Below, piece by piece: positions 1 to 9,582 of a DNA stretch of 64,000 nucleotides; the first letter of the stretch is position 1, and every line of letters begins with the position of its first letter. The stretch covers positions 55,410 to 119,409 of the forward strand of contig JAUXPJ010000018.1 of the NCBI GenBank assembly GCA_030683815.1, written 5' to 3'. This DNA is from Flavobacteriaceae bacterium. Its GTDB lineage: Bacteria; Bacteroidota; Bacteroidia; Flavobacteriales; Flavobacteriaceae. The notes beneath the pieces are model-generated. The model was not told the DNA's origin. It saw only the letters and a program-made list of their open reading frames with translations, and made no database searches. The position numbers and the translations under genes were made by a program.

Positions 1-462
1 AATGAAAATTATTGGAGTGCCTTAGCCATTGTTCCCATTGTTTTGTTGGCTAATTTATTTTTAGGGATGTATCATAACCTTTCAGTTTGGTATAAATTAA
101 CCGATAAAACCCGTTTTGCGATGTATTTTTCATTGTTGGCAGCTTTTGTAACCATTGTGATTAATTTAATTTTTATCCCGATGATTGGTTATATGGCTTC
201 GGCTTGGGCAACACTTTTAGCATATGCAAGCATGGTGATTGCTTCTTATTTTATCGGAAAAAAATATTATCCTGTTCCGTATGAAATCAAAAAAATATTG
301 AATTACATTCTTATTTCGGTAGGTTTATCAACACTTTCTTTTCTCTATTTCAGAGAACAATTGTTTATTTCTACTTTGATGATTTTATCTTTTGGTGGAT
401 TTATATATTGGAATGAACAAGCGCAACTTAAATTAATATTTCGAAAAATCAATAAAAAATGA
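1..462 (+). CDS. C-terminal part of a polysaccharide/lipid-linked oligosaccharide flippase (MOP/Wzx-MurJ-like membrane protein); 5' end outside window
   Basis: Frame 1 is open from base 1 ([14 protein letters not shown]...). The product is all hydrophobic TM helices, as in the C-terminus of Wzx/MurJ-type exporters. The stop overlaps the dut start (ATGA). Confidence 0.45.
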   Translation, partial: NENYWSALAIVPIVLLANLFLGMYHNLSVWYKLTDKTRFAMYFSLLAAFVTIVINLIFIPMIGYMASAWATLLAYASMVIASYFIGKKYYPVPYEIKKILNYILISVGLSTLSFLYFREQLFISTLMILSFGGFIYWNEQAQLKLIFRKINKK

Positions 463-890
463 AAGTTCAAATAGTCAATAAATCTAAACACACTTTACCC
501 TGTTATGAAACTTTGGCATCTGCCGGAATGGATATACGCGCCCATATTGAGCAACCCATCATTTTAAAACCATTGGAGCGCGTGGTGGTAAAAACCGGTT
601 TGTTTATTGCTTTGCCCGTTGGTTATGAAGCACAAGTGCGTCCGCGTAGCGGACTCGCGGCAAAATTTGGAATTGGCGTATTGAACAGTCCGGGTACTAT
701 TGATGCGGATTATCGGGGTGAAATTGGCGTAATTTTAGTGAATTTATCCAAGGATGATTTTACGATCAATGATGGCGATAGAATTGCGCAAATGGTCGTC
801 GCTAAACACGAACGAGTTGAGTGGTTAAAAGTGGAAGTTTTAGATGAAACTTCTCGTGGAAGTGGCGGATTTGGAAGTACGGGAAAATAA
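459..890 (+). CDS. dut: dUTP diphosphatase
   Basis: 143 aa with dUTPase motifs [23 protein letters not shown] and C-terminal [11 protein letters not shown]. Confidence 0.95.
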   Translation: MKVQIVNKSKHTLPCYETLASAGMDIRAHIEQPIILKPLERVVVKTGLFIALPVGYEAQVRPRSGLAAKFGIGVLNSPGTIDADYRGEIGVILVNLSKDDFTINDGDRIAQMVVAKHERVEWLKVEVLDETSRGSGGFGSTGK

Positions 891-916
891 AAAAGGGAGT
901 TTAAAACTCCCTTTTT
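891..916. terminator. Bidirectional intrinsic terminator between convergent dut and recA
   Basis: AAAA-GGGAGT-TTAAA-ACTCCC-TTTTT hairpin flanked by an A-run and a T-run. Confidence 0.75.
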
Positions 917-920
917 GGTA

Positions 921-1925
921 TTAATTATTTTTGATATGTTCAAAAATTTTGGTTTCTAATTCTTTGGCTAAATCCGGATTATCTTTTAATAGTCCTTTTA
1001 CAGCATCTCGTCCTTGTCCTAATTTGGTATCGCCGTAAGAAAACCAGGAACCGCTTTTCTTAATAATTTCAAATTCAACTCCTAAATCAACTATTTCACC
1101 CAATTTAGAAATTCCTTCACCGTACATGATATCAAATTCTGCGGTCATAAATGGTGGCGCCACTTTGTTTTTAACCACTTTTACTTTTGTTCCGGTTCCA
1201 ATTACTTTTTCACCATCTTTAATTTGCGATTTTTTACGGATATCTAATCGAACAGAAGCATAGAATTTCAATGCATTTCCACCGGTTGTGGTTTCCGGAT
1301 TTCCAAACATCACCCCAATTTTTTCACGTAATTGATTGATAAATATTACCGTACAATTCGTTTTGCTAATTGTTGCTGTTAATTTTCTCAACGCTTGTGA
1401 CATTAAACGGGCATGTAATCCCATTTTAGAATCGCCCATTTCACCTTCAATTTCACTTTTCGGAGTTAAAGCTGCAACCGAGTCAATCACTACGATATCG
1501 ATGGCTCCAGACCGAATTAAATTTTCAGTTATTTCGAGTGCTTGTTCACCATTATCAGGTTGAGAAATGATTAAATTATCAACATCAATTCCTAATTTTT
1601 GCGCATAAAAACGATCAAAAGCATGTTCTGCATCAATAAAAGCGGCAATTCCGCCGGCTTTTTGCGCTTCTGCAATGGCATGTAATGTTAAGGTTGTTTT
1701 ACCTGATGATTCCGGTCCGTAAATTTCAATCACTCTTCCTCTTGGATATCCACCAACACCTAAGGCAATATCTAATCCTAAGGAACCTGATGAAATAGCT
1801 TCAACTTCAACAATTGCTGAATCACCTAATCTCATCACAGCGCCTTTTCCGTAGGTTTTATCTAACTTATCCAAGGTGAGTTGAAGTGCTTTTAATTTCG
1901 ATTCTTTTTCTTTGTCTATGGCCAT
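921..1925 (-). CDS. recA: Recombinase RecA
   Basis: 334 aa, Walker [10 protein letters not shown], full-length RecA-like sequence including [22 protein letters not shown]. Confidence 0.98.
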   Translation of the reverse strand: MAIDKEKESKLKALQLTLDKLDKTYGKGAVMRLGDSAIVEVEAISSGSLGLDIALGVGGYPRGRVIEIYGPESSGKTTLTLHAIAEAQKAGGIAAFIDAEHAFDRFYAQKLGIDVDNLIISQPDNGEQALEITENLIRSGAIDIVVIDSVAALTPKSEIEGEMGDSKMGLHARLMSQALRKLTATISKTNCTVIFINQLREKIGVMFGNPETTTGGNALKFYASVRLDIRKKSQIKDGEKVIGTGTKVKVVKNKVAPPFMTAEFDIMYGEGISKLGEIVDLGVEFEIIKKSGSWFSYGDTKLGQGRDAVKGLLKDNPDLAKELETKIFEHIKNN

Positions 1926-1993
1926 AATTCTGAGTATAAATAATTAAATGATTCGCTAAAGTACGTATTTTTTTGTTCTGTTAATTTGAAATA

Positions 1994-2440
1994 TTACTTT
2001 CTTAACATATGAATATGCGGAATTCCATCTTCAATATATTCATCGTCAATTTGCTTAAAATCATGTGTTTCATAAAAATCTTTTAAATACAATTGTGCGC
2101 CAATTTTGATGGGTTTTGTATGAAAATTTTTATCAATTTCTTCGATTGCCTTTTTCATCAATTGATGACCCAATCCTTCACTTCTAAATTCTTTTTTTAT
2201 GGCAACTCTTCCAATTGATGCTTGAAAATAATAATCGCCCGGTTGAAATAAGCGAGCGTAAGCAATTATTTTTTGGGTTTTAGAATCATTTAAAAAAAGA
2301 TGGAGTGCGCAAAAATCTTTTTCATCGATATCTTGAAAAACGCAATTTTGTTCTACCACAAAAATTTCTGATCGAAAGCGAAGTATTTCATATAATTCTT
2401 CTCGCATAAGCGAGTCAAAATTTTTAAGAATCCAGTTCAT
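1994..2440 (-). CDS. GNAT family N-acetyltransferase (ElaA-like)
   Basis: 148 aa; acetyl-CoA binding core RVAIKKEFRSEGLGHQLMKKAI. Confidence 0.8.
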   Translation of the reverse strand: MNWILKNFDSLMREELYEILRFRSEIFVVEQNCVFQDIDEKDFCALHLFLNDSKTQKIIAYARLFQPGDYYFQASIGRVAIKKEFRSEGLGHQLMKKAIEEIDKNFHTKPIKIGAQLYLKDFYETHDFKQIDDEYIEDGIPHIHMLRK

Positions 2441-2443
2441 GTA

Positions 2444-3349
2444 TTAATCTTGAATTATTAACTCTTTTAAATCTTCTCTGATGTATTCCGGTTGTAAATT
2501 ACAGTGATAAATTCCGAATTTATCTTTTAAAATAATTTCAATTTGTTTACAAATTGCGTCAAAATCTGATAATTTAATATCCTGTTTAAATTCTATATGT
2601 GCTTCAAAATAAGCTTCTTTATCATTCAATTGCCAAATATGAACATGATGAATATTTCTAATAGTTTCTATTTTACACAACTCATCTACTACTTTTTCTA
2701 CTACAATGTGTTTGGGGGCAAATAACATGAGAATTTGTAAAGAATCAATAAAAATTTTCCAACTCATTTTGATTAAATAGATAGAAATGATGAGTGTTAA
2801 AACGGAGTCTATCCAATATATCTGATAAAATTTCATCAATAAACCACCAATTAAAACTGCTACAGAAGTTAACATATCGGCCAATAAATGGATGTATGCC
2901 GATTTCATATTCAGATTGTGTTCTGCATCTTTTTTAAGGAGTAAAACACTGAATCCGTTTACTAAAATTCCTAAAATAGCAAGGATAATAACTAAATTAG
3001 ATTCGATTTCAACGGGAGTGAAAAATCTTTCAATTGCCTCGTATCCCAAAATAATTGCAATCACAATTAAGGATGTTGCATTAAAAAATGCGGCAATAAT
3101 TTCTGCTCTTTTATAGCCAAATGTTTTGCGAATCGTCTGCTTTTTCTGTAGTGCTAAAATATTAGCTATATAGCTAATAATTAATGTGATAACATCAGAA
3201 AAATTATGAATTGCATCTGATATTAATGCTAAACTTCCTGATATAAAACCCCCAATGAGTTGGGCAATAGTGATGATAAGATTTAATATGATGGAAAAAA
3301 GTAAATTTTTTCCCGAAATGACCGGTTTCTGCTGGTGATTTACTCTCAT
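2444..3349 (-). CDS. Cation diffusion facilitator (CDF) family metal efflux transporter
   Basis: 301 aa, six TM helices, metal-site motifs AIHNFSD and HLLADMLTS, C-terminal cytoplasmic domain. Confidence 0.85.
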   Translation of the reverse strand: MRVNHQQKPVISGKNLLFSIILNLIITIAQLIGGFISGSLALISDAIHNFSDVITLIISYIANILALQKKQTIRKTFGYKRAEIIAAFFNATSLIVIAIILGYEAIERFFTPVEIESNLVIILAILGILVNGFSVLLLKKDAEHNLNMKSAYIHLLADMLTSVAVLIGGLLMKFYQIYWIDSVLTLIISIYLIKMSWKIFIDSLQILMLFAPKHIVVEKVVDELCKIETIRNIHHVHIWQLNDKEAYFEAHIEFKQDIKLSDFDAICKQIEIILKDKFGIYHCNLQPEYIREDLKELIIQD

Positions 3350-3356
3350 TCTGAAA

Positions 3357-3788
3357 TTATTTTACAGGAATTTTTTCTATTCTATTTTGATGTCTTCCAC
3401 CTTCAAAATTGGTAGATAAAAATATTTGAACAAATTTTAATGCCTGTTCTAAAGTAACAAATCTAGCGGGAATACTTAAAATATTAGCATCGTTGTGTTG
3501 GCGGGCCAATGAAACAATTTCTTCATTCCAACATAAGGCAGCTCTAATTTTTTGGTGATGATTTGCGGTCATATTAGCACCATTTCCTGTACCACATAAA
3601 ATAATTCCAAAATCAGTTTCTTTAGATTCAACTGAATTGGCAACTAAATGGATCGTATCCGGATAATCCATACTTTCATTATCATCAGTTCCAAAATTCA
3701 GCACTTGATATCCGTTAAATTCTAAATACTTTTTGATTTCAAACTTATAGCCGGTTCCGGCATGGTCATTACCTATCGCTATTTTCAT
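3357..3788 (-). CDS. rpiB: Ribose-5-phosphate isomerase B
   Basis: MKIAIGNDHAG N-terminus and CGTGNG motif of the RpiB/LacAB family. Start placed at ATG 3788 rather than the maximal ORF start 3815. Confidence 0.9.
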   Translation of the reverse strand: MKIAIGNDHAGTGYKFEIKKYLEFNGYQVLNFGTDDNESMDYPDTIHLVANSVESKETDFGIILCGTGNGANMTANHHQKIRAALCWNEEIVSLARQHNDANILSIPARFVTLEQALKFVQIFLSTNFEGGRHQNRIEKIPVK

Positions 3789-3815
3789 CATATAAATTAA
3801 AAATATAGTTAACAA

Positions 3816-4327
3816 AGGTACATAAACGTATTATTAACAAAAAAATAATGGGTTGTTAATTGCTTTTTTACAATACATTGATTATTAGCGTTATTATAAA
3901 ATAGTTGAAATGTTAATAAAATATCAATAATAAAACATAAGTTTTTTTGCTTTATTGAAATTATTTTCATAATCATAAGATGAATTTAATAAAGCAAGTT
4001 TTTTTATTAATTTTTACGCTCATTTTTTTAACAGATATTGAATAGTTTATTAACATTTTCATTTCTTAATCTTATTAAAAATTTAACTTTTGGCATACTT
4101 TTTATTTTTTGTTAATAAGTGCTTTTTTAAGCTGATTTTAAAACTTTTAACAGTTTAATAACTTTATAAAAATTGTTAATATTAATTGATAAATCATATT
4201 TTTATACCAATAATAAAATTACTTATTCAACATATTAACATTTTATCATCACCATCATATTTTTTATAAATTTTTAAATAAATATTTTAATATTATTATA
4301 GATGTTGATAAGTATTAAAAATGAAAA
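3816..4327. other. 512-bp coding-free, extremely AT-rich spacer with repeated TTATTAACA/TGTTAATAA 9-mers
   Basis: No ORF of 60 aa or more on either strand. Exact 9-mers at 3831-3839 and 4047-4055 (+) and at 3911-3919 and 4110-4118 (reverse complement), plus one-mismatch copies. Confidence 0.6.
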
Positions 4328-5248
4328 TTAATTTTTGGGAACAATGTAAGTTACCGCTTGCGGAATTAATTCAATTTTAAATCCACCTTTACCTATAATT
4401 TCTCCATCTGCTTGAACAAATGATTCTGTATTATCTTCAATTTCAATTTTAAGTTTATCGGTTTTGTAATTAGAAATTAATCTATGATTTACAATTTTAC
4501 CGTTAAATAAATTAAAAATATTGCCGATAATAGTTGGTTTATTAATGTGTTTAGCAATGGTAACATCAAACAATCCGTCCAATGAATTTGAATTTTTAGT
4601 AAGTTGCATTCCACCACCTGAATATTTTAAATTTCCAACAACTGTTAACAATGATTTTGTGGTAAAAACTTCATCATTGATATGAATTTTTAGCGTGTTT
4701 AATTTATGTCCGGCTAAACTTAACAATGTTCCTAAAGCAAAAGCAAAAGGACCAACTCTCTTTATTTTGGTAGTTTTATGAACTACATGACCCACAAAAC
4801 CAGAACCGGCTAAAATATTAAAATAAGCTGATTTATTTTCGTTGAGTAATTCAATATATCCAACATCTTGTTGAACAGTTTTTCCTTCTTTTATAATTTG
4901 AATGGCTTTTTCATAATGTCTCGGAATTTTATGAGAACGAACCCAATCATTTCCTGTTCCAATCGGAATTACCCCAATAGCAATATCTAACGGATTGATA
5001 AATTCTTGCGTCATCACCCCATTTAAAATATTAAATAATGTGCCATCTCCTCCAATACTGATAATTTTTCGATATCCTCTTCTAATTGCTTCTTTAACTA
5101 ATACAGTTTCGTGTTTACTGTATTCACTAAATTGAAATTCAAAATCTAATTCATATTGATGCAGTAATCTGTTTATTTTTTTCCAATTGCGTTTTGCCCT
5201 TCCCATTCCAGAAGTTGGATTTACTATAATATACCAAGTGTGAATCAT
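4328..5248 (-). CDS. Diacylglycerol/lipid kinase family protein (YegS/BmrU-like)
   Basis: DAGK catalytic-domain motifs IISIGGDGT and GVIPIGTGND. Start placed at ATG 5248 (MIHTWYIIVNP). Confidence 0.85.
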   Translation of the reverse strand: MIHTWYIIVNPTSGMGRAKRNWKKINRLLHQYELDFEFQFSEYSKHETVLVKEAIRRGYRKIISIGGDGTLFNILNGVMTQEFINPLDIAIGVIPIGTGNDWVRSHKIPRHYEKAIQIIKEGKTVQQDVGYIELLNENKSAYFNILAGSGFVGHVVHKTTKIKRVGPFAFALGTLLSLAGHKLNTLKIHINDEVFTTKSLLTVVGNLKYSGGGMQLTKNSNSLDGLFDVTIAKHINKPTIIGNIFNLFNGKIVNHRLISNYKTDKLKIEIEDNTESFVQADGEIIGKGGFKIELIPQAVTYIVPKN

Positions 5249-5397
5249 ATGTTTAGTTTTAATACCCATACAAGAATACAAATTGTATTTGATATTTATA
5301 AAATACATCAACATAATATATTAACAGTTTTATAATAGTCAATTTTTAAGAGAGTCAATATTTCTTTGTACTTTTAAAAATTGAAATAAATCAACAT

Positions 5398-7578
5398 ATG
5401 CCTTGTAAAAAGAAAGATATTTTCAAAAAGAAAGGAAATATTATCAAAGATTTAACAAAAGAAATTCTATCAATTCTTTCTAAAAATCCAACGCAAGAGT
5501 TTAATTATAAACAAATTGCAGCTAAGATTGGTGTTACTGACCCCGCTTCTAAAAATCAAATTATACAAAAGTTGGTAGAATTAAGCGGTAAAAAGAGAAT
5601 TGATGAAACTGTTAGAGGAAAGTTTAAAATTCATTTATTTTCTAATTATTATGTTGGTAAATTAGAAGTAACCTCTAACGGAAATGCTTATTTAGTTTCT
5701 GAAGATTTAGAGGATGATATTTTTATTTCAGCCAATCATTTAAATAAAGGATTAAATTCTGATATCGTAAAAGTTTATGTTTTTAATAAAAAAAGAAGTA
5801 AAAAACAAGAAGGTGAAGTAGTAGAAATTATCAAAAGATATAAAACAGAATTTGTGGGTGTTTTACAACTCAATAATAATTTCGGATTTGTAATTGCTGA
5901 TGATTATAAAATGTATGCCGACATTTTTATTGGTAAAAAGGATTTAAACGAGGCTAAAAATGGTGAAAAAGTGGTTGCTGAACTGATAGAATGGCCTGAA
6001 AATTCTAAAAATCCGTTTGGAAAAATTACCAAAATTATCGGAAAACCAGGAGAGCATGAAACTGAAATTCACTCTATTTTATATGAATATGGTTTGCCTT
6101 ATGAATTTCCCTATGAAGTACAAAATGAAGCCAATCAATTAAGTACTGAAATTACATCAAGTGAAATTTTCCAAAGAAAAGATATCAGAAGAATTACTAC
6201 TTTTACCATTGACCCGGCCGATGCTAAAGATTTTGATGATGCACTTTCCTATAAAGTTTTGGAAAATGGAAATATTGAAGTGGGTGTTCATATTGCCGAC
6301 GTAACCCATTATTTAACCGAAAATACTGTTTTAGATGACGAAGCTTATAAAAGAGCTACTTCAGTTTATTTGGTTGACAGAGTGGTACCAATGTTACCCG
6401 AAATTTTATCAAATGAAGTTTGTTCTTTAAAACCAAATGAAGATAAATTAACCTTTTCTGCCATTTTTGAAATTAATGACAAGGCAAAAATTATCCATCA
6501 ATGGTTTGGAAAAACGGTCATGCATTCTGATAAAAGGTTCACTTACGAGCAAGCTCAGCAAATTATTGAAAACGGAATCGATAAAAATACTGTAGAAAAT
6601 AATGAACCAAAATCAGTAGAAATTTCTGAGGCAATTTTAAAATTAAATGACTTGGCTAAAATTCTTCGAAATGAAAGAATTTCAAAAGGAGCCATCACTT
6701 TTGATAAAATAGAAGTTAAATTTCATTTAGATGAAAAAGCCAATCCGACCGGCGTTTATTTTAAAGAATCAAAAGATTCCAATAAATTGATTGAAGAATT
6801 TATGTTGTTGGCTAATAAAAAAGTAGCTGAGTATATTGGAAAAACTAAAGAAAATACACCAGAAAAAACCTTTGTATATCGCATACATGATGAGCCCAAT
6901 ATCGATAAATTATATGCTTTAAATAATTTAATTACCAAGTTTGGTTATAAAATTAAAATGACTTCGCAACGCGATATTTCTGAATCTTTAAATATGCTGT
7001 TGAAAAATGTTCAAGGCAGAGCAGAAGAAAATATGATTGAAACCTTAGCAATCAGAACGATGAGTAAAGCTGTTTATTCTACCGAAAATATTGGTCATTA
7101 TGGATTGTCATTTTCACATTATTCACATTTTACTTCCCCTATTAGAAGATATCCGGATGTGATGGTGCATCGTTTGTTGTTTCATTATCTCAACAATGGC
7201 AAATCACCCAATCCACTCAAATATGAGGAAATGAGTGAACATTGTTCTGATCGTGAAATGATGGCTTCTTCAGCCGAAAGAGATTCTATCAAATACATGC
7301 AGGTAAAATATATGCTTGACCATCAAAATGAAGTATTTGAAGGAGTCATTTCCGGAGTTACAGAATGGGGAATTTATGTCGAAATTATCGAAAATAAATG
7401 CGAAGGAATGGTTCGTACACGTGATATAAAAGATGATTTTTATATCTTTGATGATAAGCAATATGCTTTAGTTGGACAATCAACCAAAAATATTTTACAA
7501 CTCGGATCTAAAGTTAAAGTAATTGTCAAAAAAATAGATTTAGAAAAAAAATATTTAGATTTTAATTTAGTGAAGTAG
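5398..7578 (+). CDS. rnr: Ribonuclease R
   Basis: 726 aa; N-terminal HTH/cold-shock-like region, RNB catalytic domain (TIDPADAKDFDDA, FTSPIRRYPD) and C-terminal S1 domain. Confidence 0.95.
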   Translation: MPCKKKDIFKKKGNIIKDLTKEILSILSKNPTQEFNYKQIAAKIGVTDPASKNQIIQKLVELSGKKRIDETVRGKFKIHLFSNYYVGKLEVTSNGNAYLVSEDLEDDIFISANHLNKGLNSDIVKVYVFNKKRSKKQEGEVVEIIKRYKTEFVGVLQLNNNFGFVIADDYKMYADIFIGKKDLNEAKNGEKVVAELIEWPENSKNPFGKITKIIGKPGEHETEIHSILYEYGLPYEFPYEVQNEANQLSTEITSSEIFQRKDIRRITTFTIDPADAKDFDDALSYKVLENGNIEVGVHIADVTHYLTENTVLDDEAYKRATSVYLVDRVVPMLPEILSNEVCSLKPNEDKLTFSAIFEINDKAKIIHQWFGKTVMHSDKRFTYEQAQQIIENGIDKNTVENNEPKSVEISEAILKLNDLAKILRNERISKGAITFDKIEVKFHLDEKANPTGVYFKESKDSNKLIEEFMLLANKKVAEYIGKTKENTPEKTFVYRIHDEPNIDKLYALNNLITKFGYKIKMTSQRDISESLNMLLKNVQGRAEENMIETLAIRTMSKAVYSTENIGHYGLSFSHYSHFTSPIRRYPDVMVHRLLFHYLNNGKSPNPLKYEEMSEHCSDREMMASSAERDSIKYMQVKYMLDHQNEVFEGVISGVTEWGIYVEIIENKCEGMVRTRDIKDDFYIFDDKQYALVGQSTKNILQLGSKVKVIVKKIDLEKKYLDFNLVK

Positions 7579-7633
7579 TCAATCATATTAACAAAAAGGC
7601 ATCATATTTGTATATCAATAAAAAAAAGCACAG

Positions 7634-8314
7634 ATGAAAAAAACAGTTAAATTGTTTCTATTTTTAGTACCGTTTTTTGTTTTCTCACAACAAACAGTAA
7701 CTGCTAATTTTGGTGATTTTAATATCATTAAATCCTATAACGGATTAAAAATGGAGTTATTTAAAAGTCATGAATCTAAGGTTGAAATAACCGCTAAAAA
7801 ACCGCAAGATATTGTTATTAAGAATGTTAACGGAACTTTAAAAATCACCTTGAAATTACAAGAAACTTTCAAAGGTGAGGTCTATACCATCAAAGTTTTT
7901 TACAGCAATAACATTGATATTATTGATGCCAATGAAGGAAGTGAAATTAGCGCATCACATATTATTAATCAGCCAGATTTAGAGATTAAAACACAAGAAG
8001 GAGCTAAGATTAATTTATTGGTTGATGTAAAATATTTAACCGTTAAATCAGTTTCTGCCGGGGTAATTCAGTTAAAAGGAAAAGTCAAAAATCAACAAGT
8101 AGAAACCAATACCGGAGGAATTTACAAAGGTTTTAATTTGGTTTCTGAAGAAGCTTATGTGGTTGCTGCCACAGCCGGTATAGCCGAAATTTCTGCCACC
8201 GATTTATTGGATGCAAAAGTAACTTTTGGCGGTGAAATCTATTATAAAGGAAATCCAGAAGTCCTCAATACCAAAAAAATAGTGGGTGGAACTATTGAAC
8301 CCAAAAAATATTAA
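7634..8314 (+). CDS. Secreted DUF2807/head-GIN-like beta-helix protein
   Basis: 226 aa, signal peptide, repetitive beta-strand pattern, C-terminal GGEIYYKGNP motif remembered from DUF2807 proteins. Confidence 0.5.
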   Translation: MKKTVKLFLFLVPFFVFSQQTVTANFGDFNIIKSYNGLKMELFKSHESKVEITAKKPQDIVIKNVNGTLKITLKLQETFKGEVYTIKVFYSNNIDIIDANEGSEISASHIINQPDLEIKTQEGAKINLLVDVKYLTVKSVSAGVIQLKGKVKNQQVETNTGGIYKGFNLVSEEAYVVAATAGIAEISATDLLDAKVTFGGEIYYKGNPEVLNTKKIVGGTIEPKKY

Positions 8315-8387
8315 AAATTAAAAAAATTGATTATTAAATAATTAATGTTTAAAAATTAGTATTTTTGTTCTATTAAAACTTATTATT

Positions 8388-8588
8388 ATGTTGACAAATA
8401 GTATATTCTTAGGTGTTATAGGTGTTCCTCAGGGAATCTTGATTTTAGTAATTGTATTGTTGTTATTTGGTGGTAAGAAAATCCCTGAATTAATGAAAGG
8501 TATTGGCTCTGGAATTAAAGAGTTTAAAAAAGCTGCTAAAGAGGAGGATGAGCCAAAAAATTCCGCATCTGAAGAAGAAAAAAAATAA
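8388..8588 (+). CDS. tatA: Twin-arginine translocase subunit TatA/E
   Basis: 66 aa; single TM then amphipathic helix, [26 protein letters not shown]. Confidence 0.9.
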   Translation: MLTNSIFLGVIGVPQGILILVIVLLLFGGKKIPELMKGIGSGIKEFKKAAKEEDEPKNSASEEEKK

Positions 8589-8593
8589 GCGAT

Positions 8594-8624
8594 AAAAAAA
8601 TCCTGAAGAAATTCAGGATTTTTT
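8594..8624. terminator. Bidirectional intrinsic terminator between tatA and the SPFH gene
   Basis: A7-TCCTGAA-GAAA-TTCAGGA-T6 hairpin. Confidence 0.75.
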
Positions 8625-8638
8625 ATGCCATAAAATTG

Positions 8639-9550
8639 CTATTTATTCTTAATATCAGTTGGAATAGTACCCATTTGATTGGCTGCTATTAAAGAAGCTG
8701 TCATATCATTTAACATATTACTGGCCGCCGATGGCGTGTTGGGCAACATAATTAAATTGCTGTTATTGCGCTCACCAACCGCTTGTAAGGTGTCGTAATG
8801 TTGCGTGATAATAATTAAAGCAGAAGCCTCTTGCGAATTGATTCCCGCTCTATTTAATACATCAACAGATTCTACCAAACCGCGTGCAATTTCTCTCCGT
8901 TGATCTGCAATACCTTGTCCTTGTAATTTTTTACTTTCAGCTTCTGCTTTTGCACGTTCAACAATTAAAATACGTTGCGCGTCTCCTTCATATTGAGCTG
9001 CCACTTTTTCACGTTCTGCTGCATTAATTCTGTTCATGGCATTTTTTACTTGCGCATCCGGATCAATATCAGTTACTAAAGCTTTTACAATATCGTAACC
9101 ATAACCCAACATAGCTTCTTTTAATTCTCGTTGAATGGCATGGGCAATATCATCTTTCTTTTCAAAAACATCATCTAATTTCATTTTGGGAACTTCAGCG
9201 CGAACAACATCAAAAATATAGGCCGTTAATTGATCGTGTGGATATTGTAATCTGTAAAATGCGTCGTAAACGTTTTCAACTAAAATTTGAAATTGAACCG
9301 ATATTTTAAGATGGACAAAAACATCATCTTTGGTTTTAGTTTCAACAATTACATCCAGTTGTTGAATTTTTAAATTAATGCGACCTGCAATTACATCAAT
9401 AAATGGAATTTTAAATTGCAGACCTGCTTGTCTAATTGCCACAAATTTACCAAAACGCTCAACAATGGCGTTGGTTTGTTGTTTTACGGTGAAAAGTGCG
9501 AGAAATACTATCAATAGTATTACCACTAAAAAAATAGGAAAAACAGTCAT
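8639..9550 (-). CDS. SPFH/band 7 (stomatin/HflC-like) membrane protein
   Basis: 303 aa; N-terminal TM, SPFH core, C-terminal coiled coil (AAEREKVAAQYEGDAQRILIVERAKAEAE). Confidence 0.85.
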   Translation of the reverse strand: MTVFPIFLVVILLIVFLALFTVKQQTNAIVERFGKFVAIRQAGLQFKIPFIDVIAGRINLKIQQLDVIVETKTKDDVFVHLKISVQFQILVENVYDAFYRLQYPHDQLTAYIFDVVRAEVPKMKLDDVFEKKDDIAHAIQRELKEAMLGYGYDIVKALVTDIDPDAQVKNAMNRINAAEREKVAAQYEGDAQRILIVERAKAEAESKKLQGQGIADQRREIARGLVESVDVLNRAGINSQEASALIIITQHYDTLQAVGERNNSNLIMLPNTPSAASNMLNDMTASLIAANQMGTIPTDIKNK

Positions 9551-9582
9551 AGAAGTTTATATTTTAATTTCAATAAAGATAC

